Positions 19,512-29,076 of a stretch of 64,000 nt of DNA are shown here, in pieces (position 1 is the stretch's first letter; each line of letters opens with the position of its first letter). The DNA comes from Alphaproteobacteria bacterium (GTDB taxonomy: Bacteria > Pseudomonadota > Alphaproteobacteria > GCA-2746255), in contig OZ252220.1 of assembly GCA_965249135.1 (NCBI GenBank), positions 576,001 through 640,000 of the forward strand. The letters are read 5' to 3'. A program made the position numbers and the translations under genes. The notes beneath the pieces were generated by a model. It worked only from the letters and a program-made list of their open reading frames with translations, was not told the origin of the DNA and ran no database searches.

Positions 19512-20669
19512 CTACGAATGCATGCGCCCCTTCCATTCGCCGCCCGCGTTCCGCCAATGGCGCCGTGCCGAATCGAACGTCATCCCGCAATAGAGTAAGG
19601 CGACGAAGGGAAGGAAGAGCGCGACCCACGGCGCAGCCCCATAAAGCCGCAAGCTCGGCCGGTAACTCGCCATCATCAGCGCCCAGGCGGCAAGGCCGAA
19701 GGCAAGCGACGTTCCGCTTTCATGAGCCCCGTGGGACAGCACAAGGATCGGCGGCACCAGATAGGTGACGGTCATGCCGATCAGCGTGCCCATGAGCCGT
19801 AAGAGCGAATGGCGAAGCTCCGTATAGGCGGTGCGCGCCACCATGTTCCATATCCCATTTAAGCCTTCATAGGCGCGAAGACTCCTCGCGTCTTCCGTCA
19901 ATCCCAGCCAGATCGGGCCTTCCGCCTTGATCTGGCGGGCAAGGGCGCAATCGTCGATCAGCTCGCCCTGAATGGCGGTGAGCCCGCCTATTCGCTGGAC
20001 GGCCGATCGCCGGGCCAGCATGCACCCGCCGGCCGCCGCCGCCGTCGGTTTCACCGGATCGTTCACCCATGGAAACGGATAGAGCATCTGAAAAAAGAAA
20101 ACGAAGGCCGGAAGCAAAAGGCGCTCCCAAAAACCTTCGATTCGAAGCCGGACCATCAGCGAGACGAGGTCAAGCGCCTCGCCTTCCGCCTTTGCGACGA
20201 GGGCTTTCAGGCCAGTGGGCGCATGGGCGATGTCGGCATCCGTGAAAAGCAAGAAGCGGGCCTCCGGCGCAAACGCGTCCACGTGCTGCCGGCCTTGTTC
20301 CATCGCCCACACCTTTCCCGCCCATTCCTTCGGAGGCGGCGTGCCATCCACCACGAGAAGCGCGTGCCCTTTGCCGAGCGCTTCCGCCACGGCCCGGGCC
20401 TGATCCGCCGTTCCGTCTTTACTTCCGTCATCGACCAGGATCACGGAAAACCTTCCCGGATAATCCTGGCTTAGAAGCGATTTCACGGCCTCGCCGATGA
20501 CGGAAAATTCGTTGCGCGCCGGAACGACGGCGACGACCTCCGGCCAACTCGTCAATGCGCGTGGCGGGCGGGAAAGCTTTTGATCCGCCCGCCAGAAATC
20601 GCCCCGGAAGAAAACGAGATAGACCCAGATGGCGAAGGAAAGGGCGCCGAGGATGGGAAGCCACGCCAT
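19512..20669 (-). CDS. hpnB: Hopene-associated GT2 glycosyltransferase (HpnB-like)
   Basis: VPARNE, VDDGSKDGT, WAGKVWA, FTDADI, FFFQMLYPF, AAAGGCML, IDDCALA, WKGR. Confidence 0.75.
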   Translation of the reverse strand: MAWLPILGALSFAIWVYLVFFRGDFWRADQKLSRPPRALTSWPEVVAVVPARNEFSVIGEAVKSLLSQDYPGRFSVILVDDGSKDGTADQARAVAEALGKGHALLVVDGTPPPKEWAGKVWAMEQGRQHVDAFAPEARFLLFTDADIAHAPTGLKALVAKAEGEALDLVSLMVRLRIEGFWERLLLPAFVFFFQMLYPFPWVNDPVKPTAAAAGGCMLARRSAVQRIGGLTAIQGELIDDCALARQIKAEGPIWLGLTEDARSLRAYEGLNGIWNMVARTAYTELRHSLLRLMGTLIGMTVTYLVPPILVLSHGAHESGTSLAFGLAAWALMMASYRPSLRLYGAAPWVALFLPFVALLYCGMTFDSARRHWRNAGGEWKGRMHS

Positions 20670-20674
20670 GTCGA

Positions 20675-21301
20675 TTACGTTGCCCCGCGGGAGCCGGCCG
20701 CAAGAAAGCGTTCCATCCCTTCCCGTAAAATTTCGGCACGCTCCAGCTTGCGACGTAGAAAACGACGCGTACGTGCCTGTTCCGGAGTTGCGTCCCGGAC
20801 CCAGACGGCAAGGGTCGCGAGCAAGATGAGCGTCAGCCCCACCTCCTCCGCTTGACGGCGAAGACCGCCGGCATCCAGAAGCGCCGCCTCCCGCACCCAA
20901 TGAATCGTACGCGACAGATTGAAAATCAGCGGCACCCAGTGATGAGGGTGGGACGGATAAAGTTTCGTGGCAAGCATCTCCGCCGTCACCTTCCGGTGGA
21001 GAGCCAGCGCATCGAACCACTTGAGGATCACCTGATAGAGCCGCTCGCGGGCCGGCAACGCGGCAAAGCCCGCCGCAGGCGGCGCCAGCATCGCCAGATG
21101 GGCGCGCTCAAAATAGACGTTCGCCACCTGGTCCAGATCGCGGAAATGGAGCCGCACCTGGTCGAGCGAAAGGCCCAACTCATCGGCAAGCGAATGCAGG
21201 CGCAAGTTTTCCCAGCCGACGCACTCGGCCATCCGGATCGTCGCATCGACGATACGATCCGCCTCGGTAGCCCTCACTTTTCCCTTTGCTCCCGTAGGCA
21301 T
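20675..21301 (-). CDS. TetR/COQ9-like fold protein
   Basis: N-terminal TetR-like helices; RERLYQVILKWFDAL; C-terminal WVRDATPEQARTRRFLRRKL. Confidence 0.7.
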   Translation of the reverse strand: MPTGAKGKVRATEADRIVDATIRMAECVGWENLRLHSLADELGLSLDQVRLHFRDLDQVANVYFERAHLAMLAPPAAGFAALPARERLYQVILKWFDALALHRKVTAEMLATKLYPSHPHHWVPLIFNLSRTIHWVREAALLDAGGLRRQAEEVGLTLILLATLAVWVRDATPEQARTRRFLRRKLERAEILREGMERFLAAGSRGAT

Positions 21302-21396
21302 GGAATTCTTGAGCCCCTTCGACGCCCAATCCTCTCCCCATTCCCTATATAGTGAGGGTGGGCACGCAAGCGACGCAAGGCCAAGCAAGGAAAGAC

Positions 21397-22737
21397 ATGG
21401 ACGACCAGGAAACGGATCGCCTTTCGAGGCGGGTCAAACGCTACGCGAAGGTAGGGGCTGCGGTCGGTGGGTTGGCGGCGGATTTGGCCGGCAAACAGAT
21501 CTTCGGGCTGCCGCTCGATCGCGATCGGCATGCGATGGAGCTGAGGACGGCCCTTGGTGGGCTCAAGGGCCCGCTGATGAAGGTGGCTCAGCTGCTTTCC
21601 AGCGTGCCGGACATGCTGCCCCAAGAATATGCCCGCGAGCTGACGGAGCTTCAGGCGAACGCGCCTTCCATGGGATGGCCGTTCGTGAAGCGCCGCATGA
21701 CGAGCGAGCTGGGCCCGGACTGGCAAGGCCGATTCAAAAGTTTCGAGCGTGAAGCGGCGGCCGCCGCCTCCCTTGGTCAGGTGCATTACGCGGTTGGCAA
21801 GGACGACCGCGAGCTTGCCTGCAAGCTTCAATACCCGGACATGGAATCGACCGTGGTGGCGGATCTGAAACAGCTAAAGCTGATTTTCCATATCTATCGC
21901 CGTTTCGACAGCGCCGTCGATACCGGCGAGATCTATGAAGAAATCTCCGAGCGGCTTCGCGAGGAACTCGACTACCACCGCGAGGCGCGTCACATGGCCC
22001 TCTATAGCCACATGCTGCAAGCAGAGCCGGGCGTCCACGTGCCAAAAGCCATCTTTGAGCTTTCGGCGAAACGCCTGTTGACGATGGACTGGCTGCACGG
22101 GCGAAAACTTCTCGAGTTCAAGGACCACGACCCGGAACACCGCAACCAGGTCGCACGCAACATGTTCCGCACCTGGTACGTTCCCTTCTACGCTTACGGC
22201 ATCATCCACGGCGATCCGCATCTTGGAAACTATTCCGTGCGCGAGGATTTCACGATCAACCTGCTCGATTTTGGTTGCATCCGGGTCTTCCCGCCCTCCT
22301 TCGTTCAAAGCGTCATCGATCTTTACAAAGCGCTTCGCGACAACGACGAAGCGCTTGCCATCGCCGCATACGAAACCTGGGGGTTCAAGGATCTTTCGAG
22401 GGAACTGATCGAAGTGCTTAACATCTGGGCTCGGTTTGTCTACGCGCCCCTCATGGAGGATCGGGTGCGCCCGATCGAGGAGACGAACGCCACCGCCTAT
22501 GGCGCGGAGACGGCGGCGAAGGTCCATGGCGAGCTCAAGCGTCTCGGCGGCATCACCCCGCCCCGCGAATTCGTCCTCATGGACCGGGCGACGCTTGGGC
22601 TCGGCTCTGCCTTCCTGCACCTGAAGGCGAAGATCAACTGGTACCAGTTGTTCCACGAACTGATCGACGGCCTCGACGTGAAGGCGATCGGCGCGCGTCA
22701 GGCGACGGCGCTTCGCAAAGCCGATTTGGTTCCGTAA
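21397..22737 (+). CDS. UbiB/ABC1/COQ8 family atypical kinase
   Basis: LKGPLMKVAQ (KxGQ variant), AAASLGQV, CKLQYP, EELDY, HGDPHLGN, LLDFG. Confidence 0.92.
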   Translation: MDDQETDRLSRRVKRYAKVGAAVGGLAADLAGKQIFGLPLDRDRHAMELRTALGGLKGPLMKVAQLLSSVPDMLPQEYARELTELQANAPSMGWPFVKRRMTSELGPDWQGRFKSFEREAAAAASLGQVHYAVGKDDRELACKLQYPDMESTVVADLKQLKLIFHIYRRFDSAVDTGEIYEEISERLREELDYHREARHMALYSHMLQAEPGVHVPKAIFELSAKRLLTMDWLHGRKLLEFKDHDPEHRNQVARNMFRTWYVPFYAYGIIHGDPHLGNYSVREDFTINLLDFGCIRVFPPSFVQSVIDLYKALRDNDEALAIAAYETWGFKDLSRELIEVLNIWARFVYAPLMEDRVRPIEETNATAYGAETAAKVHGELKRLGGITPPREFVLMDRATLGLGSAFLHLKAKINWYQLFHELIDGLDVKAIGARQATALRKADLVP

Positions 22738-22747
22738 AAGATAAGGA

Positions 22748-23392
22748 TCAGGACGCGAGCGGCGAGCCCGGCGGCTCGTCAATGGGCGCGGCCGGCGACC
22801 GTGGCGCTCCCTTCTCCAGCCAGGGGAACTGTGTCTCGACCCATTCCGCCCGTTTCAACCAGCGATCCAAGGCCGACATCGTTCTTGCCTGGTCCTCCGT
22901 CTCGTCGGCGAGCCAGATTTGCAGCACGCCGAAATAGAGTGCTGCCAATCCCTTCACGCGCAGCGCGCCGTGCAGGCCGGCCGTCGAAATACCGGCCCCT
23001 TCCAGCATCCACGCCATCGAGACGAAATAGCGGCGCGCGCCCATGCCAAGGGCCATCGGATCGAAGGCCGCATCCTTCAGCACGGCAGCGATTCCTTCCT
23101 TATGGGGACGGAGCGCATCGAAGCGCCGCATGAGCAGGTCGAACAGCCGATCGCGCAGGGATTCTTGCGCCATCTCCTCCTCAAGACCTTCCAGCACTTC
23201 CGCATCGATGCTGCGCACGAACCCATCGAGGATCGCTTCGCGCGACAGATACTCCTTGTAGAGTTCCGAAAGCGAGACGTTCGTACGAAGCGCGATGTCG
23301 TGAAGGGAGACGTTCCGCCAGCTCTTCTCGGCCGCCAGTTCCAGGGCAGCCGTGGCCACGGCTCTCTCTTTTTCTGTTTTCTTCCCCGCCAT
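22748..23392 (-). CDS. TetR/COQ9-like fold protein
   Basis: TetR-like N-terminus; RDRLFDLLMRRFDAL; C-terminal WLADETEDQARTMSALDRWL. Confidence 0.72.
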   Translation of the reverse strand: MAGKKTEKERAVATAALELAAEKSWRNVSLHDIALRTNVSLSELYKEYLSREAILDGFVRSIDAEVLEGLEEEMAQESLRDRLFDLLMRRFDALRPHKEGIAAVLKDAAFDPMALGMGARRYFVSMAWMLEGAGISTAGLHGALRVKGLAALYFGVLQIWLADETEDQARTMSALDRWLKRAEWVETQFPWLEKGAPRSPAAPIDEPPGSPLAS

Positions 23393-23400
23393 CCCCGCGC

Positions 23401-24093
23401 TCACTTCTTCCAGGCCTTCGGCTTCCACTCATCGGCGAGCTTCTTCGCAAGCTCGATTTGCGCCGGCACCATCTCTTCCGACGCCTTTGTCAGGTTCTTC
23501 ATCTCCTGCTTTCGGTCCTCGCTGGGTGGAAAGCTCTGCGCCGCAAGGGTAAACCATTTATAGGCCTGAATGAGGTTTGTTTGCGTGCCCAAGCCAAGGG
23601 CGTGCATGGCGCCCAGATTGCTCTGGGCCTTCGCGTGGCCCTGTTCGGCCGCCAGGCGGAACCACTGAAGCGCCTCCCGGTCGTTCTGTTGGATCGGGCC
23701 CCGGCCGAGCGAATAGAGAAGGCCGAGATTGTATTGGGAACTTGGATTGCCTTGAGCCGCGGCGAGTTGGTACCAATTCATCGCCTCGGCGATGTCGCGT
23801 TCGACGCCTTCCCCATTCTCATAAGAAATCCCCAGATTGTGCTGGGCGTGCATGTGGCCCTGCTCGGCGGCGCGACGGTACCAGGCGACGGCCTTCGTAT
23901 CGTCTTCTTCAAGTTCCTCGCCGGTATCGAAGACAACGGCCAACGCATATTGCGCCTTCGCATCCCCCTTCTTCGCCTTTTTCACCAGCCCCTCGATCCC
24001 GCCCATGTCGAACCAGAGCAGCCCGCCAAGGCCGAGGGCGGCAAGGACAAGAAGGCCGATCAGGCCACGCAGCAATTTGTGTTGCGGTGTCAT
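23401..24093 (-). CDS. Membrane-anchored Sel1-repeat protein
   Basis: N-terminal TM helix and four Sel1 repeats (AQYAL, WYRRAAEQG, AQHNLG, AQSNLG, QAYKWF). Confidence 0.88.
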   Translation of the reverse strand: MTPQHKLLRGLIGLLVLAALGLGGLLWFDMGGIEGLVKKAKKGDAKAQYALAVVFDTGEELEEDDTKAVAWYRRAAEQGHMHAQHNLGISYENGEGVERDIAEAMNWYQLAAAQGNPSSQYNLGLLYSLGRGPIQQNDREALQWFRLAAEQGHAKAQSNLGAMHALGLGTQTNLIQAYKWFTLAAQSFPPSEDRKQEMKNLTKASEEMVPAQIELAKKLADEWKPKAWKK

Positions 24094-24224
24094 GGGTGAG
24101 CAAAATATTGGGTCAGGACACGCCGTCGGCAATCCGTGATCCCGGAATCATACAGGAAATCGCAACCCCGCCCTTAAGAAATTGATGGCTTGATCCATGC
24201 GTCCTTTCCGACCCATAAAAAGCC

Positions 24225-24665
24225 ATGGAGAGCATGAAGGTTGCCTATGGCGTCGCCATCGAGGAGGTGGATGGGCGCTTTGTCGTCACCTATCCGGACT
24301 TTCCGGAGGCGCGCGCCGAGGCGGCAAATTTCAGCGCTGCCTTCGATGCCGCGACCCATTGCCTCGAGGAGACGATGGCCGTACGCATCCGAAAGGGCGA
24401 GGCAATTCCCGCTCCTTCTCTCATCCTGGGCTGCAAGGTGACGCCCGGGCCTCGGATCACCTCGAAGGCAATCCTGCACACGGTCCTTCGCGACACCGGC
24501 GAGACGGTGGCGAGCCTGGCGGCAAAACTAGAAAAGGACGAGGCCCATATTCGCGAGCTTCTCGATCCCGATCACGCGACGGACCCGGGCGAGCTCAGCG
24601 CCGCCATCGGTGCACTCGGCATCCAGCTCCGTATGGCCGCCTGCTCGATCCGGGTCGGCGGCTGA
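24225..24665 (+). CDS. HicB-family antitoxin with C-terminal HTH (orphan)
   Basis: FVVTYPDFPEA...AFDAA..CL...EAIPAPS, then HTH LAAKLEKDEAHIRELLDPDH. Confidence 0.78.
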   Translation: MESMKVAYGVAIEEVDGRFVVTYPDFPEARAEAANFSAAFDAATHCLEETMAVRIRKGEAIPAPSLILGCKVTPGPRITSKAILHTVLRDTGETVASLAAKLEKDEAHIRELLDPDHATDPGELSAAIGALGIQLRMAACSIRVGG

Positions 24666-24676
24666 CCCTAAAAATC

Positions 24677-25327
24677 TTAGAAGCGATAGGCCAGCCCGAA
24701 GCCGATGAGCCAGGGGTCGATGTCGACCTCGGTCCTGATCGTGCCGCCGTTGATCGAAACGTCCGTGCTCAGAAAGATCTTCTTCACATCGAAATTGATG
24801 GCCCAGTGCTCGTTGAAGCCGAACTTCTCGAGACCGATATCGATCCCGGCCTGAAGCGCAAAACAAAAGGAATTGTCGTATTTGATCGAATTGATCGACA
24901 CTCCCTTCTTCGCATCGAAGAAGACCGTGTAGTTCACGCCGGCGCCCACATAGGGCCGGTAGGTGTCGTTCGGCGAGATGTGATATTGCAGCGTCAGTGT
25001 CGGCGGCAGCAGAAACACATCGCCCAGATCCAGGCTGCCGAGCGAGGTGTTCTCGCCCCGCGTATTGTGGGGGGTTATCACCGCGATCAGTTCCGCCGCC
25101 CAGTATTCGGCGATGAAGTAGGTGATATCGATCTCCGGCACGACGGCGTTGCCGAGCGTCGCCTCGCCCCCGATGGCGGTGATGGTCGACGAATCCTCGG
25201 TCGGCGCGACGACAAGGGTGCGAAGCCGGACCTGCCAATCGCCGGCCTCGGCGAAGGCCGATGCGGGCGCCAGCATCAGCATTGCGAAGAGCACAAGCGG
25301 GCCCAGAATCAAGGCGTAGTGTTTCAT
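24677..25327 (-). CDS. ompW: OmpW family outer-membrane protein
   Basis: Signal peptide, VPEIDITYF, LLPPTLTLQYH, RPYVGAGVNYT, C-terminal YRF. Confidence 0.92.
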   Translation of the reverse strand: MKHYALILGPLVLFAMLMLAPASAFAEAGDWQVRLRTLVVAPTEDSSTITAIGGEATLGNAVVPEIDITYFIAEYWAAELIAVITPHNTRGENTSLGSLDLGDVFLLPPTLTLQYHISPNDTYRPYVGAGVNYTVFFDAKKGVSINSIKYDNSFCFALQAGIDIGLEKFGFNEHWAINFDVKKIFLSTDVSINGGTIRTEVDIDPWLIGFGLAYRF

Positions 25328-25636
25328 CGTCTCCTCCATTGCGCAACCGCAGACCATTGATATCGGCTGCTTCGTTTCCGCGTGGACGTATTGAGACGCG
25401 ATCAAAACCGTGATGCCGTTAATGAAAGGTTAGCCGTAACGTCGTGTGCGCAAAATTTGTCTTTCGTATGCATACGATCGTCTTAAACGGAATACCGTTG
25501 CATGCGAAAAACTTTACGAACGCGAACTAGAATTAATTCGCCCGTCGTATCGAAGGTAAGAAGGACGGAGAAGGGACTGGTCTTGAAGAACTAGGCCTTA
25601 ACTATTTTATTTAACTTTAACGTGTATCGGACCGAG

Positions 25637-26125
25637 CTATGATCCACTACGTTCTTTATTGACAACTCTCCATGACCAGCGGGTTGTCAAAATAAGCGGA
25701 ACAAGAATCATCAAGTAAGCAAAATATATTATAGGTGTTGCGGCAAAAGGGAACCTATCATTGAACCTATTTTCTATCATGGTGCTGATGTACAGTTCAG
25801 GCTGCGTTTTCTCGATCAGTATTAAGGCGTCCACCGCCCCTCTTAACAGCTTATTGTAGTAGCCTAAGTCTAAATACGCCGCTGCAAATAAGATGACAAG
25901 CAAACCTGTTGAGAGCCAAGCTCGGAGGCTGTGACGTCTAGAAATGTCGTCAATCTTGCTTCCCAGATAAGCTAAAATCCCCCCGATAGCGCCCGCACCG
26001 CCCATTAGTTGAAGACGATACTGGATAATAAGCTCGTTAAAGTGCATTGCGATTTCTTCGTAGTGCCGCCAAAGATCAAGGGTTTGTTGTACGCTGATCC
26101 CGGCAATATCTGTTGCGCCCATCAT
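25637..26125 (-). CDS. AT-rich hypothetical membrane protein (about 3 TM helices) in a tRNA-linked islet
   Basis: 162 aa ORF with hydrophobic segments; composition clearly AT-richer than flanking genes. Confidence 0.7.
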   Translation of the reverse strand: MMGATDIAGISVQQTLDLWRHYEEIAMHFNELIIQYRLQLMGGAGAIGGILAYLGSKIDDISRRHSLRAWLSTGLLVILFAAAYLDLGYYNKLLRGAVDALILIEKTQPELYISTMIENRFNDRFPFAATPIIYFAYLMILVPLILTTRWSWRVVNKERSGS

Positions 26126-26184
26126 GACGGTAAGCCTTTTGTTTGGTTTTACGCACAGAACAAAGTCACTGAACCCCGAAAAGA

Positions 26185-26260
26185 TGGTAGCGGAGGAGGG
26201 ACTTGAACCCCCGACACAAGGATTATGATTCCTCTGCTCTACCGACTGAGCTACTCCGCC
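26185..26260 (-). tRNA. tRNA-Met (CAT), elongator type
   Basis: GGCGGAGTAGCTCAGTCGGTAGAGCAGAGGAATCATAATCCTTGTGTCGGGGGTTCAAGTCCCTCCTCCGCTACCA; no C1:A72 mismatch, so not fMet; Ile2 not fully excluded. Confidence 0.93.
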
Positions 26261-26315
26261 GAAACCGTCATTCTATTCAAGATCGCCGTTTGATGGGGGG
26301 AAAGGAGGCCGCTTG

Positions 26316-27443
26316 TCAAGCCGCCGCCGTCGCGTCCTCAGGCTTGGCCTCGGCGCGCGCGATCCAACCGCCGCCAAGCACGCGTGCGCCCCGATAGAAG
26401 ACGCAGGCCTGGCCCGACGAGACGCCGAATTCGGGCTTAAATAACGTCACCTCCGCCCGGCGCGCCTCCCCCATGACAAGCCGGGCCGGCTGAGGCGTTT
26501 GCGTCGAGCGGATCTTGACCTCGCAATCACACCCCGCTTCGCCAAGCGCCGCACTACCCAACCAGTTTACGTCGCGCAAAAAAATCCTCGTGGCGGCCAG
26601 GGCGGACCGAGGCCCGACGATGAGGCGGCTTGTCGCCGCCTCCACCTTCACTACATAAAGGGGCTCCGGGCCGCTCACGCCCAATCCCCGCCGCTGGCCG
26701 ACCGTGTAATGAAGGATCCCCCGATGGCGGCCAAGTACGTGGCCCGTTTGATCCACGATATCGCCTTCCCGCGCCGCCTCGGGCCGCAATTGCTCGACGA
26801 GCCGCCCATAGCGCCCGTCGGGTACGAAGCAGATGTCCTGGCTGTCCGGCTTTTCCGCAACCTTAAGGCCGAAACGGCGCGCAAGTTCCCGCGTCTCCCC
26901 CTTCTCAAAGTCGCCTAAGGGAAAACGCAGATAGTCGAGCTCGTCTTGCGTTGTCGCGAAGAGAAAATAGCTTTGATCGCGATTCCGATCCTTCGCCCGG
27001 TGAAGCTCAGGCCCCTCCCTTCCCTCGATGCGGCGCACGTAATGGCCGGTGGCAAGGGCGCTCGCCTGCAGGTCCTTTGCCGTTGCCAGAAGATCGCGGA
27101 ACTTCACCTTCTGATTGCAAAGGACGCAAGGGATCGGCGTTTCGCCTGCCGCATAGCTTGCCGCGAACTTCTCGACGACGTTTTCCCGGAAACGGTTTTC
27201 ATAGTTGAAGACGTAGTGGGGAATACCAAGCAGGGAAGCCACGCGCTTCGCGTCGTAAATGTCTTGCCCTGCGCAACAGGTCTTCGAGCGGTGCGTCGCC
27301 TTCCCCTGATCGTAAAGGCGAAGCGTGATCCCGACGACGTCGAAGCCCTGCTCCTTCAGAAGCGCCGCCGTGACGGAACTGTCGACGCCGCCCGACATGG
27401 CGACGACGATCCGCTTCCCCGCACCCTTCCCGCTCGGCGTCAT
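26316..27443 (-). CDS. mnmA: tRNA-specific 2-thiouridylase
   Basis: AMSGGVDSS PP-loop, IPCVLCN, ATGHY, RDQSYFL, DSQDICF, YTVGQRRGLG, GQACVFY. Confidence 0.96.
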   Translation of the reverse strand: MTPSGKGAGKRIVVAMSGGVDSSVTAALLKEQGFDVVGITLRLYDQGKATHRSKTCCAGQDIYDAKRVASLLGIPHYVFNYENRFRENVVEKFAASYAAGETPIPCVLCNQKVKFRDLLATAKDLQASALATGHYVRRIEGREGPELHRAKDRNRDQSYFLFATTQDELDYLRFPLGDFEKGETRELARRFGLKVAEKPDSQDICFVPDGRYGRLVEQLRPEAAREGDIVDQTGHVLGRHRGILHYTVGQRRGLGVSGPEPLYVVKVEAATSRLIVGPRSALAATRIFLRDVNWLGSAALGEAGCDCEVKIRSTQTPQPARLVMGEARRAEVTLFKPEFGVSSGQACVFYRGARVLGGGWIARAEAKPEDATAAA

Positions 27444-27447
27444 CGAA

Positions 27448-27783
27448 CTAGCCTCCATCGTAAAAATCCGTCGTTTTCTCCGGCAGCGTCATCGTAAGCC
27501 CGCCCAAGCCTTTCGTCATCCGGATCTGGCAGCTGAGGCGCGAGGTTTTCGTGACCCCGATGGCAAGGTCGAGCATGTCCTCTTCGTCTTCCGTCGCCGC
27601 ATCGAGCAGCTCGTAATAGCCCCGCTCCACGATCACGTGGCAGGTCGAGCAGGAAAGCGAGCCATCGCACGTCCCTTCGATCGGCACGTCGTTCGCGTGC
27701 GCGATCTCGAGGATCGACTGCCCGAGTGGCACCTCCACTTCCTGGCGCTTCCCGTCCGGGTAGATGAACGTCATCTTCGGCAT
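27448..27783 (-). CDS. fdx: [2Fe-2S] ferredoxin, adrenodoxin/ISC type
   Basis: CDGSLSCSTCH...EEDMLD...SRLSCQ. Confidence 0.93.
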   Translation of the reverse strand: MPKMTFIYPDGKRQEVEVPLGQSILEIAHANDVPIEGTCDGSLSCSTCHVIVERGYYELLDAATEDEEDMLDLAIGVTKTSRLSCQIRMTKGLGGLTMTLPEKTTDFYDGG

Positions 27784-27858
27784 TCGCATGCGGCTCCCGC
27801 TTGACCCATTGGGCCCCTTAGATAGAAAGAACGGAAGGAAATGTCGAGGGGCCTTGGC

Positions 27859-29052
27859 TCAGTTTGCTGCCGCCGGTTCAAGGCTTTGCGCGAGGCCGGG
27901 GCTGCGTAGTTTCTCGACCTTCTCGGCGAAGGCCTCGATCGCGTAGTCGATTTCGGCCCCAGTCGTGAAACGGCCAAGCCCAATACGGATGGAGGCGCGC
28001 GCCAACGCATCCTCGACGCCTAAGGCCTCCAGCACATAGGAAGATTCAAGGGAGGCCGAACTGCAGGCAGCCCCTGTCGAAAGGGCAAGGTCGCGCAGCT
28101 CCATCATCAGCGTCTCGCTGTTGACACCGGCGAAGCTCAAATTCAAATTGCCGGGCGCGCGCGCATCCAGCGATCCGTTCACGGTGACCCCTTCGGTGCG
28201 CGCGCGGATTCCATCGAGCAGCCGGGCGCGAAGCCCGAGCAGCCGTTTCGTCTCTTCCTCTCTTTCCGCCATGGCGATCGCCGCCGCTTGGCCTAGACCG
28301 ACGCAAAGGGCCGTCGGCAAGGTGCCGGCGCGCAAGCCCTGCTCCTGGCCGCCGCCGCTGAAAAGCGGCTCGAGGCGGACGCGCGGTTTGGCTCGTACGT
28401 AAAGGGCGCCGATCCCCTTCGGCCCATAGAGTTTGTGAGCGGAAATGCTCACCAGATCGGCCTTCGCCGCCGCGACGTCGAAATCCATCTTGCCGATGGC
28501 CTGGGCTGCGTCCGTGTGGAAGAAGCAGCCCCGCTCCCGGCAGATGGTGCCGATTTCGTTCACCGGCTGGATGACGCCGATCTCGTTGTTCACGGCCATG
28601 ATGGAGACAAGCGCCGTTCTTTCCGTGATCGCTTCGCTGAGTGCTTCGAGATCGATCAACCCTTCCCGGTTCACGCCGAGGAAAGTAACGTCGATGCCTT
28701 CGCGCATCAAATCGCGCGCACTTTCGATGACGCATGTGTGTTCCGTCAGACAGGTGATCAGATGATTCTTTTTCTTTTTATAGAAGCGAAGCACGCCCTT
28801 GATCGCCAAATTGTTCGATTCGGTGGCGCCTGAGGTAAACACGATCTCCTTTGCATCCGCGCCGATCGCATCTGCTACCTGTTCACGGGCCTTTTCCACC
28901 GCGGCTTCCGATTCCCAGCCGAAGGCATGGGTGCGCGAGTGCGCGTTTCCGAATTTATCGGTGAAGAAGAGCAGCATCGCCTCAACGACTCGTGGATCGA
29001 CCGGCGTCGTCGATTGGTTGTCGAGATAGATGGGAAGCTTGAGCTTGGTCAT
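27859..29052 (-). CDS. iscS: Cysteine desulfurase IscS
   Basis: [37 protein letters not shown], catalytic STGAACSS. Confidence 0.92.
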   Translation of the reverse strand: MTKLKLPIYLDNQSTTPVDPRVVEAMLLFFTDKFGNAHSRTHAFGWESEAAVEKAREQVADAIGADAKEIVFTSGATESNNLAIKGVLRFYKKKKNHLITCLTEHTCVIESARDLMREGIDVTFLGVNREGLIDLEALSEAITERTALVSIMAVNNEIGVIQPVNEIGTICRERGCFFHTDAAQAIGKMDFDVAAAKADLVSISAHKLYGPKGIGALYVRAKPRVRLEPLFSGGGQEQGLRAGTLPTALCVGLGQAAAIAMAEREEETKRLLGLRARLLDGIRARTEGVTVNGSLDARAPGNLNLSFAGVNSETLMMELRDLALSTGAACSSASLESSYVLEALGVEDALARASIRIGLGRFTTGAEIDYAIEAFAEKVEKLRSPGLAQSLEPAAAN

Positions 29053-29076
29053 CTTACGTTTCGCGCCTGTCACTCT

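Noticed and set aside
25391-25405. FNR/FixK box upstream of ompW (TTGAG-ACGCG-ATCAA)
   Set aside because: Spacer is 5 nt rather than the required 4; plausible context but not supportable
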